64,000 nt of DNA from Camelus ferus. Lineage: Eukaryota. Each line of letters begins with the position of its first letter. The first letter of the stretch is position 1. The notes under the pieces are model-generated. The model worked only from the letters and a program-made list of their open reading frames with translations. It ran no database searches and was not told the DNA's origin. The position numbers and the translations under genes are program-made. Of the stretch, positions 1 through 12,200 are shown piece after piece. The stretch is from positions 8,060,001 to 8,124,000 of the forward strand of contig NC_045707.1 of assembly GCF_009834535.1 (NCBI RefSeq), given 5' to 3'.

Positions 1-779
1 CCCGTCCCACCTCCTCTTCATTGCTGTGCTAGGTTTGTCCCTTCTTCTAGGTCTGCACTTGTACTTGGGGAGTTCATTCATGCTGTGCTGGGAGGGATCC
101 GAGGCAAACGTCTGTGCCTGCTTTATTTCTGCGTATTGTTCCCCTCGGCCCTCTTCAGATTCACTTTGGGTTTACTTTCCTTTTAGCAAGTATGTCCTTC
201 AGTCCATCTTTTAAAGTCCAAACCATCCTTCAAAATCCAGCTCAGTTCTCTGGCTTTCATGAACCTTCCCAGGTCCCTTCCTGGCTCTACTCAACTAGCC
301 ACCTGCTCCCACACGGCCTTGCCCTGCATCGAGGTCTGTTTCTGCATTTCCCGAAGCCCGAGGCGTGGGGTCCTTTTGTGCTGGGGGGTTGGGAGCCTGT
401 GGAGGGCTGCAGTCAGGCCTCCTTAGCTGCTTCCTCTGCTGGGCTCACACGTGCTGCTGGGCGGGACATGTCGACCCCAGGATGCTCTGCATCGGTGGCC
501 ACAGATGGGTCAGATCCTGGAAAACCAAGGCCTTTTCCTTTTACTTCTATGTTCAGCTTTCCCGAGTCAAAAGCGGCCTTCCTTTGCTTAGGGGTTTTAG
601 GCAGGCTTGTCTTCGGGAATTTCTCAGATTGGGGTTAGAAGTGACCCTGGTGGTTTACCTGGACCCGGTGGTATTGTTGTAAGATACCTCCCTTTGGTTT
701 GGTTTTTGTTTTGTTCTTTTTGCTTCGGCCCGTCTCTGTGCTCACATGATGTGTTTGTCTCTCTGTTTTATTCCCCCAG

Positions 780-884
780 ACTGGTGATGTGGCTTCCACA
801 CGTGCCTGACGACATCCAGTGGCTGCAGTGGGCGGCGTCCCGGGTTTGCTCCCGAGTGGTGGCGTACCTACTCCCCACTTCCAG
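780..884 (+). CDS. PNPLA3: PNPLA3 (adiponutrin) penultimate coding exon, 105 nt
   Basis: Pyrimidine tract and AG at 778-779, GT donor at 885. Encodes LVMWLPHVPDDIQWLQWAASRVCSRVVAYLLPTS(R), similar to recalled human LVTWLPDMPDDVLWLQWVTSQVFTRVLMCLLPASR. Lies upstream of SAMM50 as in human synteny. Confidence 0.92.
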
Positions 885-2208
885 GTAAACAACGTGCCTA
901 TGGGTGTGTGTGTCCCACAGGCACCCTCCTATCTGCTCAGGCCTCACATGCCATTCTAGAAATGTCTTTGGGCCCCAGTAGGTGGCAAGGAGTTTATCCT
1001 GTATCACAGGGGACACTGTCTTACCAGGGACAGCTGAGCCAATCAGAGGTGCCAGTGCCTCTGCTGAAAGATAGTCAAGACTTAGCTGCACAGGGCACGG
1101 TGAAGCCCGGGGAGGGGCGAGGAGGCGTGTCCACTGAGCCCAGTTTTGATGGCGGAAGAGAGAGCTGGACGATGAAGCAGAGGAAGGGCAGGTCCCTACA
1201 GGTGCAGGTCAGCGAGCGTCAGAGAGCACTGGTTGCCTAGGGGAAGTAGCTGGGGATGCCGGCAGCACAGGGAGTGGGTGGGGCATGGAGAGGTGGGGCC
1301 CCAATTGGGGGCGAGGTGCCTGTTAATGCAGATTCCCGTCTAACCTCAGACTTGCTGAACCACAGTCCCTCGGGAAGGAACTCGGCAATCTGTGTGCTTC
1401 CCATGGTCTGGATGCTGCTGCTACTTTCGGGGTTCTGAAAACTAACTCAGCAAGCAGAGCCTTGTTCCAGTCACAAGGGCTGGACCTTACCCTGAACATC
1501 GTGGGTCTCGGCCTCCTCCCGTTCGTTGGGGGGGGTGCTCCTCTCCTCACGGGGCGTCCATGAGGCTTTGGGGAGCCCCTAGCACATTACCAGACACGTG
1601 GGGGCACTCAGGAGACAAGGCCACAGCTGTTAGTGCTGTCAGCAGACATGGAAGGGTTTAAAGCAGGCTGTGGAAGGACCCAGTGTGCACTGGGAAGTGG
1701 CCACGTGGAGGCGGCGGGGTCACCCGTGAGGGGGCAGCTGCGCTGGCCCAGCAAGGAGCAGGTCTTGCTCTCAAGAGATGCTTTAGGACTGAGAGGCGTC
1801 CAGAGGCTCTGGGCCAAAAGGAGGTGTCGGTTGTGAGCCCTGGTGCCTGCCCATCCTCCAGGGAGTGGGGCAGGAGGCGGCGGCCTGGGGGACGGCCGTG
1901 CGGGCTGCAGTAGCGCGCCCTGGCAGGTGAGCTGGTTTGTGTGGAGGAAACGGATGGGCTCCTCTGTGCCCGTGAATAGCCAGTGCAAGGTGTCCAGGTG
2001 GCTGGGAGGGCCACAGGTTTTGGAGGCCCGGGATGGTGACAGCAGCCCTGGGGGCTGAGGCAGTTGTGGTCTGGGGCTGGGCCACCCCGCAGGTCCCAAA
2101 GCATGTGGCGGTGTGCTTGGCATCCCTGGCAGTGTCCATTCGTCCTCCCTGACACTGAAGACTTCAGGGCAGCAGGTCAGTGGCTGACTTAGAATTCATC
2201 TGTTTCAG

Positions 2209-2293
2209 ATCCCAAACACCAGCGAGGGACCAACAGCCTGACTGCCACAAACCAGAACATGATGGGCACCCCTGGCCTCTGTGCTCCTCCTAG
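2209..2293 (+). CDS. PNPLA3: PNPLA3 terminal coding exon (to TAG)
   Basis: Acceptor tgtttcag| at 2208 with phase matching the previous exon (AG|A = Arg). Encodes SQTPARDQQPDCHKPEHDGHPWPLCSS*, aligning to recalled human SQMPVSSQQASPCTPEQDWPCWTPCSP. Confidence 0.82.
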
Positions 2294-5200
2294 GACCCAG
2301 ACTCCCGCCCTGTGGACTGTCCAGCAGAGGCCGAAGCTGACCTCTGTGATATATAGAAAATGGCCTCTGTGATGAATTTATTGAAACCAAAAGCAATATA
2401 TTTGTTTCACAAATAGCTGGGATGCCACTTTGGGTGTAGGGTGTAGGAGGTGGTCCAGGGCTTAAGGAAGCCTAATGTGTATGCATCGGAGGTGGGCTCC
2501 AACGGTTGGGAAACTGCATGAGGAAGACCAGCATGGAGGGTCCGCCACCAACTCGCCTTTCAGCCCTGCTCAGCTGTCCCGGTGAAAGTTCCTAAATGGC
2601 CAGAGTTTGGGCTGGGGGGACCTTGTGGCTGGGGGCTGGGCGGACCTTGTGGCTGGGGGCTGGGCTGTCCTTTGTGCATCTTGGGGGTTGGAAGGAAGAG
2701 AAAAGTGTGATCCCATCTCTCTGTATAGGAAGCAGTCAGTGCAGGGCAAGGGGGGTGCCATCCTCCCAAGGACACCCCTGGCCAGGGGTCATTGAAAGAC
2801 AGGAACTTATTTATATTCTAGGACATCTTTTACACCTAAATATGTGATAAAGAGTTTTACATAAAATAGAAGGAAATTTTATCTGTTGAATTATGTATTA
2901 TGGGAATCAGTGAGATGTGAATGGAATAAGCCTTTAAAAAAAATCCAGCACAGAAGATGGCACCCCCAGGTCCTCAACTGGCCTTCTCCCTGTCGTCCAT
3001 GCCCCCACAGCTTGAATGGAGTTGAGCAGGAGGCGGGACCCACCTCCTCTCCGGTGCGGTACTCTGTGGGCAAGCACAGCGCAGTGTGACCGCAGGTGAA
3101 CTGTGTGTGTCTGTTTTTCTTATTTATGCATTCGAGGATAACCCAAAGCAAATAAACAGCGATAAGCTCAAAATCCCAAACGTTGGCACAGAAAGCTGCA
3201 ACTCTCGCCCACATCTTGGAGATGTCCTGGAGTCGAAGAACAGGCAGGTTCAGGCAAAGCACCCCACTGCGAGGGCGTCCCCTTTAGAGGGGAAGGTGGT
3301 TCTGGGTCTAGACTCTACGTGAACACCTAGAAGGCAGGGAGTGCTTGTGAAAATACAGGGTCATCACACAGTGCAGAGGAGCCCCGCTCGGGGGCTCCTG
3401 GCCGTCTCCTTGCGTTTCCGGGGGCCTCCTGTTGTGGTAGTGCTTGCTCCCCAGGTGAGGCGAGGGGGGTGGGCGGGGGACTCGCCCAGCCACTTGGCCA
3501 CAAAACAAAGAGCTGGCCTCAGTGGGGGAGGCCACACGTGCCTGACACCCACCTGGACTCCCGGTGACACACCCTCATGCCTGCCCTGGCGCCAGACTCT
3601 CAGGTTTCCCAACTGCCTTTGCTGTCAGAACCACAGCATAGGCCTAAACACACACAACGCACTTCAGCAGTATTTCGCAATAACCCGTGTATTTCCGTTT
3701 AGGCAGACACTGTACCCTGGTTCTGTGATCGTTACAAGGAAAGAAGTATGTTAAACGGCTGATAGGCTTTCACAGGACTTATTTTCTTACTACTTTTTGC
3801 AATTATTCAACCTTCTTATAATGAGCATGTTTTACAATTTTTAAAAAATGTGCATGAAGACAAGGAAGTCTGGTACTTTCTCAAGAAATGGCCAAGGCTC
3901 TCCTCCCACCTGTGCCTTAAATGCTACCCCGACTCCTCCTCTTTGGCTGGGCCCAGAAGTCACCCCCCCACATCCCCACCCCCCGACCAAGGCCGGATCT
4001 TTGGAATACTCCGCTATCAGCAATGCTCAGAGTGCAGTCTACTGAATGCCAGGGAGCAGCAGTCTATTTGGTAAACAGACAGCAAAACTTGATGCAAAGC
4101 ATGAGCCCAGTCTTGTTAAGCGAATAAAATGTGTGAGCGTGCACACCTATAGAACAGAGACGGAAAGAATCTGTGCCAAAACACAGCGCTTTCCATCATG
4201 CCATTATTCATGATTATATTTTTTGTTAAATTTCTATGTATTACTATCGTCAGAAAATAATTCATAATACATGTGATTTTTAAAGCGCTTTTCCTTGTCT
4301 CTGCATCCTTTGCAAGGAGCCACAGTTTTGCTTTCCTTCCCTCACAGCCAAGCTCCTTTAAACTCTCCTGCCAGCCCCCACCACCAAGGTTTACGGTCCC
4401 ACTGCCCTAGTTGGCCCTGCCAGGCTAGGTGGCCTCCACATGCTCTGTCCTGGACACTGAGGGCCAGACCGCCCCCCTTCCCAGATCCCTCTTCCTCTGG
4501 GACCCTGGACTCTGCTGACTCCAGCCTGGGTACCAGGCTCTTCCCCAAGGATCGGATGTGCCTGCTCTGCCAAGTGTGCACAGCCACTCGTGGGAGGCCT
4601 GGCTCACACACCTGGAGGACCCCGGGTCTGGCTTGGGTGAGGGCCCACTCACCCCTCTACCTACCCCTGGCTGGCTGCCCAACAAAATCCGAGGAACCAA
4701 GATGCACCCTCTCCTCCAGCTGGTCCCGATCCCGCTGTCTCCACCTCCACTTACTATCTCTGGAGACTGGCCCCTGGTCAGCACGCCCACACTGCCATGG
4801 GCCACAGCAACAACTTCCTGGCAGGGTCTGGCGGCCTGCACCTGCCTCAGGCCCAGACCTGGTCATTCCCTCCCACACCGCCAGCACAGAGAAGCTGCCG
4901 TCCTCCTGCCTCCCCAGGCCACACCCTCCCGCACATTTCTTCCACAGTACCACCAGCAGCTCGGACCTGGTCCTTGTCACCCTGCCGCACACCCTGGGCC
5001 TCCGCCTCGTGCAAGCACCTGGTGCTCTGTCCTCTCACTGGCCCACCTTTGCTCCTCAGATGTCAGGGGCTGGGGAGACGGGTGATGGAGGCGAGCCCCA
5101 CACCTCAGGGAGAGGAATAAAGAGACAGGCCACAGCCCCAGGGAAGCCACACCATGGGGTGCCTCAAACTAAGAGTCAGGGTGACCTGAGTGGGGACCCA

Positions 5201-5989
5201 TGAAGACCCAGCACCCCTTCCTTGTGGCCTCTGAGACTTGGGGTTTCATGTTACGAAGGGAACCGTTGTAGTCACTAAACTGCATTTCTCCATCTGGGGG
5301 GCCAGATCAGCACTTCATAAACCACGTGTTCTGGAACACTGGTGTCCCCACAGATGTCACCAGGTGACTCCATCAGTTAGCACAGGCCGGCTTATGCTGT
5401 GCTTGCCAAAGACTCCCCGACCCCCAGAAGGTTTACTTCTCACTCGTACTACGTGCCCGGCAGACCTGTCCCAGCCTCGGGAGGGTTGGGGTCAGGGTGG
5501 GGAAGAATATGGTGCTCAAAGGTTTCCATCCAGAAGTGCCACCTCTCCCTTCAGCCCCTAATTGTTGACCAAAGATAGTCACACGGCTGGGGGCGTCGGA
5601 ATGCAATTCTACCCTTTGCCCAAAAGAGGAACACCAGAAATTCTGGTGAACAGCACCACTGAGAGCCGCAGAAAACTTAAAAAACCAAGACCAAAAAGTC
5701 TTTACAACAGAAGAAATTCAGGAAATACTGGATTAAAGAAAGAGAAACAGGCATACATGCTGCAGGATTTCTCAGAGCCTTTAATGCTCACGTACACAGC
5801 GACTGCCAGGGATGGTGTGTTCGAGGGCAAACCTGTGACTGTGCTCCGGAGGTGTCCTCTGTCACCCTGTACACAACAGGCTCTCAAGTACTTGCATCAG
5901 GGCTCTCCTTGCATCCTGCAGGTCAACCTCATGATGTACCTTTTAGAGGAAGCTTACTAGAGAGAACAAGGAGGAAATGCTAGGTTACT

Positions 5990-7150
5990 CAGTTTGCGGT
6001 GTGCCAGGCCCGCGCTTTATTCATGAAGTCCATTCCATTTTGCCTCAAGAACTGCTATCCTCATTTTACAGATGAGAAAAATGAGGTTCATGGAACCAGC
6101 AGAATGGATTGTGACTGTGTCCCAATTGTGTGATTTGTGCTTAAAATTTGCTCAGTCTCTTTGGAAATCTCTGTCCAAGTTTTCACACCCAAATCAGCCT
6201 TTGAGTCTGAGCTGGAGGTCAGCGAGACCCACAAAGGGTCTCATTTTGGTAGCCAGAGGCAGGTTTCCTGGGCCCCAAGAGCTGGGCATGAGGGCACTGA
6301 GCCCAGGGCACGCGGTGTCTTGCCTGGTAACAGCTGGGCACTGTTTTGAATTTCTCTCACTCAGATACCTGGTAAGTAGCCTGTTATGTACGCCCCACCC
6401 ATTTCTAATACTGCCCAAAGAGGGGAATCCAGGCTCAGAAGGCTTCTGAGCCATCATCCACTTCGCCTCCTCTCCCCAGTCCCTGGAAAATGTGGGCATT
6501 ACTCAGAGGTGGCCAAGAGCCAGATGGTGGGAGGGAGGGAGCCATGTCACACTCTCCCATGTTTGGGTCCCACCTGGATATAGGGTAAGTCACTCACTCT
6601 CTAGGCCTCAGTTTCATCCTCTAAAAAAGCCCACCTTCCTGCGATGGTTAAATAAGACCATTTATGAAAAGCGCATGGCACGTGGGTATAGGGACAGCTA
6701 GTCCTTGCAGGGGGTGCTCCCTCTGGGCCAGGCACAGCTTTACATCTATTAACTCACTGACCCCTCAGAACAAGCCTATAAGGCAGGTACCAGTACTACC
6801 CACACTTTACAAGAGGAAACTGACTCAGAGAGGTACGTGCCTTGCTAAAGGCCACACAGCTTAGTAGTGGCAGAAAAATGGCTGAACCCAGCCAGCAGGT
6901 CTATCAAGCCAGCTCTCACAAACACTAAGTAGGAGCTAACCTGATTGCGATCCCCTGGCAGGTGGAGCTCCAAAATGCGCTCAAAAGCCTGCAACACCCA
7001 GGACCCTGTTACTTCCTAGTGTGAAATATAAACCAATTTAAAAAAATCTTTTGTAGAACTGGCAGAATCCTTAGCAATCTCATCCCATTATTTTACAGTG
7101 GAGAAGAGTGACAAGAGGATGTGACCTGCCTGGGTCGACAGCTAATGTAT
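5990..7150. mobile_element. Cluster of MIR SINE fragments in both orientations
   Basis: MIR core-like segments: ctcattttacagatgagaaaaatgagg (~6060), gcctcagtttcatcctctaaaa (~6605), gaggaaactgactcagagagg (~6815), cccattattttacag (~7085). Confidence 0.7.
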
Positions 7151-8389
7151 AGCCCCTTTCGTCCTCAGCTCGCAGCCCATGCTTTCCTTCTGCCTCTTGA
7201 ATCCATGCCCAGTCCCAGAAGTCTCTCCCCCGGAGGCCTGGCCCTGCACACCTTTCCCCTTTCCCGGAGGCTGTCGTGCCTGTCTTGTATCACTGCTCTG
7301 TATCCTCGTCCTGCACTGCTTGCCGATGCCCTGCCTCTGCCTCTTCCCCACTTCCCCACTGCTGTGCACTCCTTCCGCCCGTTTCTGGCCAAGTTTCTTA
7401 TAAGCAGGTTAGCAGACCTCTGTCTTCAAAGACTTTAGTTACTAGTGATGAAGTAAGACATGGATACAAAGTCTTTTTTTAAATGAGGGATTCTTAAATC
7501 TAGTGGGCAAGAAACAGCACCCCCCACCCCCCGCCCTGACAACAACAGAGTCAATCTAGCAGGCAGAAGAATGCCCTGGCATACTTTTCAGAAATTCAGA
7601 TCTCCAGATTCTACTTTCCAGAGGTTGACTCAGTAGGTCAGGGCTGAGACCCAGGGAAGTGCATTTTTAATAAGCGGTGTCTGTCTAACCTAGCCTACAG
7701 TAGGGGAGCAGTAATTCAGCAAATATTCACCGAGACCCTGCATCATGCCAGGCACTGTGCTAGCCTCTGGGCTCATGGAGTGAACCAGACGGACTGGACT
7801 CCACCTCCCGGGAGCGACAGTCCAACTGGGAAGACCGACAAGGGGTGCAGTGAAGGAAAGAGAGAGGTCTGGAAGGAACTAACTTCTTTCCAGGCAAGAA
7901 GGGGAATGTGGTCTTAATATTTACCCCAGAGATGCTGGAGGATTAGGGTGCTGCTACTTAAATGGAACAGGGTGTCAGTGTCTCTAGGAAGGGGTGGAAA
8001 CCTGAGTCCACGTGATACTGAAAATCCTTCTCTCATTGTCTCTGATTTGTTTCTCTCAATGCATTTACCACAACGTGACTGTTATTTATCATATATTGTC
8101 TTTTAAGGGGGTAAAGCTGTTTCCACCACGGAAACGAAGCCCCGGGGCTCTTGCTCTCAGATGTGAATGGCCCCCCTGCGAAGCCCTGGGTGACACTCAC
8201 TGACATTTATTGGTTGCGGCTGGAAGAATAATGGTCATTTACTCACTGCTCACTAAGTGCCCTGCCCTGTGCTAGGCATTCTGTGTCTCACGCGTGAGAC
8301 TTTTAATCCATCCCTGCGAAATACATAAGACTGTCACCTTTATTCTGGCAACGAGGAGCCTGAGCCCCAGAGGTTTCAGTGACTTAAAG

Positions 8390-9240
8390 GGCCCGTGCGG
8401 CCAGCAGGAGAGGAGCAGGGCGCCAATTCGGATTTGGGCAGCTCCAGACGCTGAGTGAGACTACGGCCGGCCGCCGTGGGAGGTCCGCGCGTCGCGGGGG
8501 CGTGGGCATACGCACCGCACTCACCCGGACGAGGTGTCGGGAGGGTTAAGGGAGAGACATGGGTGAAGCCCCGGCGCACCCACCACCTGGTCCGGTCTCT
8601 CCCAGGGGCAACTCCGGGGCCAGCTTCCAGCGGACTCTCACGCAGGCCAGCCCACCACGAGACAGCAGCTTCGCGGGCACCATTGAACGCTCGGCGCTTG
8701 AGACATCTTTGGGATCACAGGCCTTCCCGGCGTCCGCATGAACATCCGGGTCACGGACTCTTAGGGGCCAATGAGCGGAGGCATCGCGAGCCAGGGGGCG
8801 GGGAGAAGGCGGGGCATCATGGCCTCCCCCAATTCTCCGCGTCCGGGGGCTTGTGGGTGTTGCACCGACGTGTAGTTCCGCCACCGAGCACCCGCCCTCT
8901 GCCCTCATCAGCCGAACCTTGGTGGGGCCCAGCCAGCTCTGGGAGGCGGAGGCCAGAGAGGGAGCCATGGGGACGGTGCACGCCCGGGTAAGAGGCCCAG
9001 CGACCCGCGAGCTGCGTGACCTCTGGGCGGGCGCCGCGGGGAGACGCTCTCGCGGCTGCGCTTATGGTGCCCTGGGGAGGGTGCGGCGGGGTCCGGAGGC
9101 GGGAGCCGAACCCAGCCGGGTCCCTAGCCTGAGGCGCCCCAGCGCGGGGCCGTCGCGGGCCGCGTGGAGAAGGCCGCAAAGATGCTGCCAGCGGGTACTG
9201 CAGACTTCCTAGTGGGAGACCGATACTCGAAGGAGGCACG
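8390..9240. promoter_or_regulatory. SAMM50 CpG-island promoter and exon 1 region
   Basis: Dense CpG around the ATG exon. NF-Y-type CCAAT box (ggCCAATgag, 8768-8772) and GC boxes (gggggcgggg ~8784, ggcggggc ~8808). Confidence 0.8.
8967..8987 (+). CDS. SAMM50: SAMM50 exon 1 (MGTVHAR)
   Basis: Strong Kozak gccATGg; donor gtaaga at 8988. Confidence 0.96.
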
Positions 9241-12200
9241 TGATTTGCCCAAGGTCACTCGGGGAGTGGCCCAGAAAGGACTAGCGGACTTTCCGTGATG
9301 TCCTGGAGCAGAGTAATAAGTTCAGTCTTTAGCGGTTTCGAGCGTCTAATCTCTTTACTGGTCACCTTTTCCAGCCTCTCCCGCTCAGCCGCTACTGGAG
9401 TCTTGCTAGACTCCTAGAGCACCAAGTGTCTTCTAAAGTCTTCCAACCCACGTCATCTAGGAGCCCTCCTTTCTCCTGTTTACCGTGCAAAGACGAACTT
9501 CGCTATGCTTTAGTTCTTCCTTTTAAAGTGGAGGCAGTAATAGTACGTACTCACCGGGCTGTTGGGACGATTAGAAGACACAATGCATATAAAAGCGTTT
9601 GCTGGGATGTTTGGCGCCTGCCCAAACGGCCTAACTGCTCTCCTTGGTCGTAATCTTAACTGAGGCCCAGAGAATGAGTATTTGACCGAGGTCACACCGT
9701 TGGAACCTCAGAAGGTTCTAAAACTCAGACCTCCTGAGTCCCAGCCCTCAACACGAATTCTCTTTTACAACATGGGTTGTTTCAGTTGCCCTGTTCATAA
9801 GTCTTCAGCCGTTCCCCATTAGCTTCCAAAAAATTTTAGCACAGACTTCTCAGCCTGGTGTCCCGAATTGGAGTTAACTTCCTTTTACAGATATTTCCCT
9901 CAAATAAAACACTGTTCTTCCAACTTGCTCTTTGGGCTGTGCTGTTGCGCGCAGCTCCCTCTTTTATCACTCACCCCCACACCCATCTTTAGTGTCAAAG
10001 TATCCCCATCTTTTAGAACTCAGTTCAAGTCCCTTACTACATGAATCTCCTTATCTCCCCTCATTTCCAAGTTTTGTATGTTACCAGCTTCCTTCACATT
10101 TTTACTCTGGTGCCTTGTTTTAGCTCTATTTGCATTTTTGACTTATCCTTTTAGATTCGCAGTTTCTGGATGTTAAGGCTGCATCTTACTTGTCTAGCAT
10201 CCCTTGTAGCACCTTGACAAAGTAAACATTCATTCTTTTATTCAACTAATATTTACCAGTGGTCAACTATGTGCCTGGCACTGTTGGTGCTAGTTGTACA
10301 GGGAAAAAAGTCTCACTTTTATTGAGCTCTTTTGACACTAAATTTGCTGCTCCTCTGATCAATGTATTGACAGAAAATGATTTCAGTTCTTTAATTTGAC
10401 CTTTACACTCCACTAGTGAGTGTTATTTGAATTTTAGGGTCAGAGCTCACAGTAAGAAAACATTTCATATTTGCTCTCTAGTTTATATGTGAAACAAATG
10501 TTTTCTGAAACAGTATTTACCAGGAATATGTATTATGTTTTCTTATGTTTTCAGTTTGAGTCTAGTCTTTATCGCTTTAAAGATGCTGTTCATAACTCAT
10601 TAGATTTATTTCCTGTCCTCTTTCTTCAGTTAGCACTGCCTTGCCCAGTGCTTGGTGCATGGTGTTTAATAAAATTTGTTGACTTACTAGTAGACTAATC
10701 AGCTTAAAGATTAGAAGCTAGATCCAAATATTTTTTAAATTCATTTCACGAACTACTTATCCAGACGATGGAATGTAAATTCTCTGAGGGTAAGGATCTT
10801 GGAAGTGCTTGTCACACAGTGGGTAGATATTGGGTGAATGAATGAATCTCTGTGCATGAAACAGTTAATTTTAGGACATCAGGCTTTAGTGCAACTGTAA
10901 AGACATCATCTCTTGAACTTAAAGTCTAAATTTCAGATTTCAGAATGCAGAAGGATCTGGCAGGTCTTTGATGAAGCGTGTTTCATGCTTTGTGATTTTA
11001 GGAACCGTAATGGAATTTTTTTTTTAGCATAACAGAATATAAACTTTATGCCAGACGAAATGTATTTGCCAAGCGTTCAGATTAAGAAGAATGACTATGG
11101 GCAAATATTCTTAACCGTAGTATATGTATTTTGCATACACTATCTGGACAGCTTTAATATGCTTTTTTGCACTATGTGGACTTAAATATTGAGAAAGCGT
11201 GTACATGAAATGTTGCAGAAAAAAGTTCCTATTTTAATTTGTTTATATTTTTGAGAAATAGAATAATGATTCCATTTTTTATGTATTACACAACAAAAGT
11301 GAAATGATAATTATGTGAAATAAATCCTGTTTCTTTGCCCAGCACTGTCTTCCCCTTTTTACTTATGTAAATGTCCCACTTCAACCACTGAGGGAAGGGT
11401 ACTCAGTCTGTTTTATTCACAGCTGCATTCCCTACTTTTTTAGCCTGGTGCTCAGCATACAGTAGGCACTCAGTAGATATTTAGTAAATGTAAGAACAAC
11501 AAGAAAAAACACTCACTCATCTATTGCATAAATATTTGAGTACTTCTGATGTGCCCCAGCAGATAAAAATAAGAAAAAAAAAGTATGTGCAAATGTCATA
11601 AACTTGTAAGAGGTGTCCCTGTGAGGGAGGGGCTGATGCTGCCTGAAGAAGCCAGGCATGGCTCACAGAGGAGATGACATTGAAGATGTTTCTTTAAACT
11701 CCTTGCGAGGCTCGTAATGCTGGGCAGAGAGAACAAAGTGTGCACAGACACGAATGCGAGGGTCAGGGGAGTGGTGGGGGTTGAAACTGGGGTGGCAGAT
11801 GTGGGCTGTGTGGTGGAGTTGCTCGCCTGCCCTGCTGAGGAACCTAGATGCACCCTCTCCCCGAGGGCACTCGGAGGACCATCAGAGTCTTTGAGGCAAA
11901 GGATGGAAAAGAGGACATGGTACTGTCAGGTCATTGCCTTTCCAGAGAACCAGCGACATTATGGAGGATGTGCTGACAAGAGGCTGTTGGATAGTCCAGG
12001 AAATAGGTGACAGTGGCCCAGAGTCCCTGTCACTCCACGTGCTGCAGAAGCCAAACACTCCTGTGCGCTTCAGAGGTGCTTATTTGTAGAGAACTGGCTG
12101 GAGTGAGGAAGCAGCCTGATAGTAATGACCATAGGTTTCCCCACAGTCGCCTGTTTGCACCATCACCTGGTGCCACACTGGACTTTCTGAATCCACTTCC

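Noticed and set aside
2619-2665. 24-bp tandem duplication in the PNPLA3 3' UTR region
   Set aside because: Only two copies, consistent with ordinary slippage; no spacer structure, so not CRISPR-like or evidently functional.
4295-5203. 302-aa ORF between PNPLA3 and SAMM50
   Set aside because: TTG start, Pro/Ser/Leu-rich composition typical of GC-rich non-coding DNA, long ORFs in several overlapping frames, no recognisable domain.
8455-9239. Multiple 120-180-aa ORFs around SAMM50 exon 1, including a GTG-start in-frame N-terminal extension
   Set aside because: CpG-island artefacts; the annotated ATG has a strong Kozak context and yields the canonical 469-aa protein.
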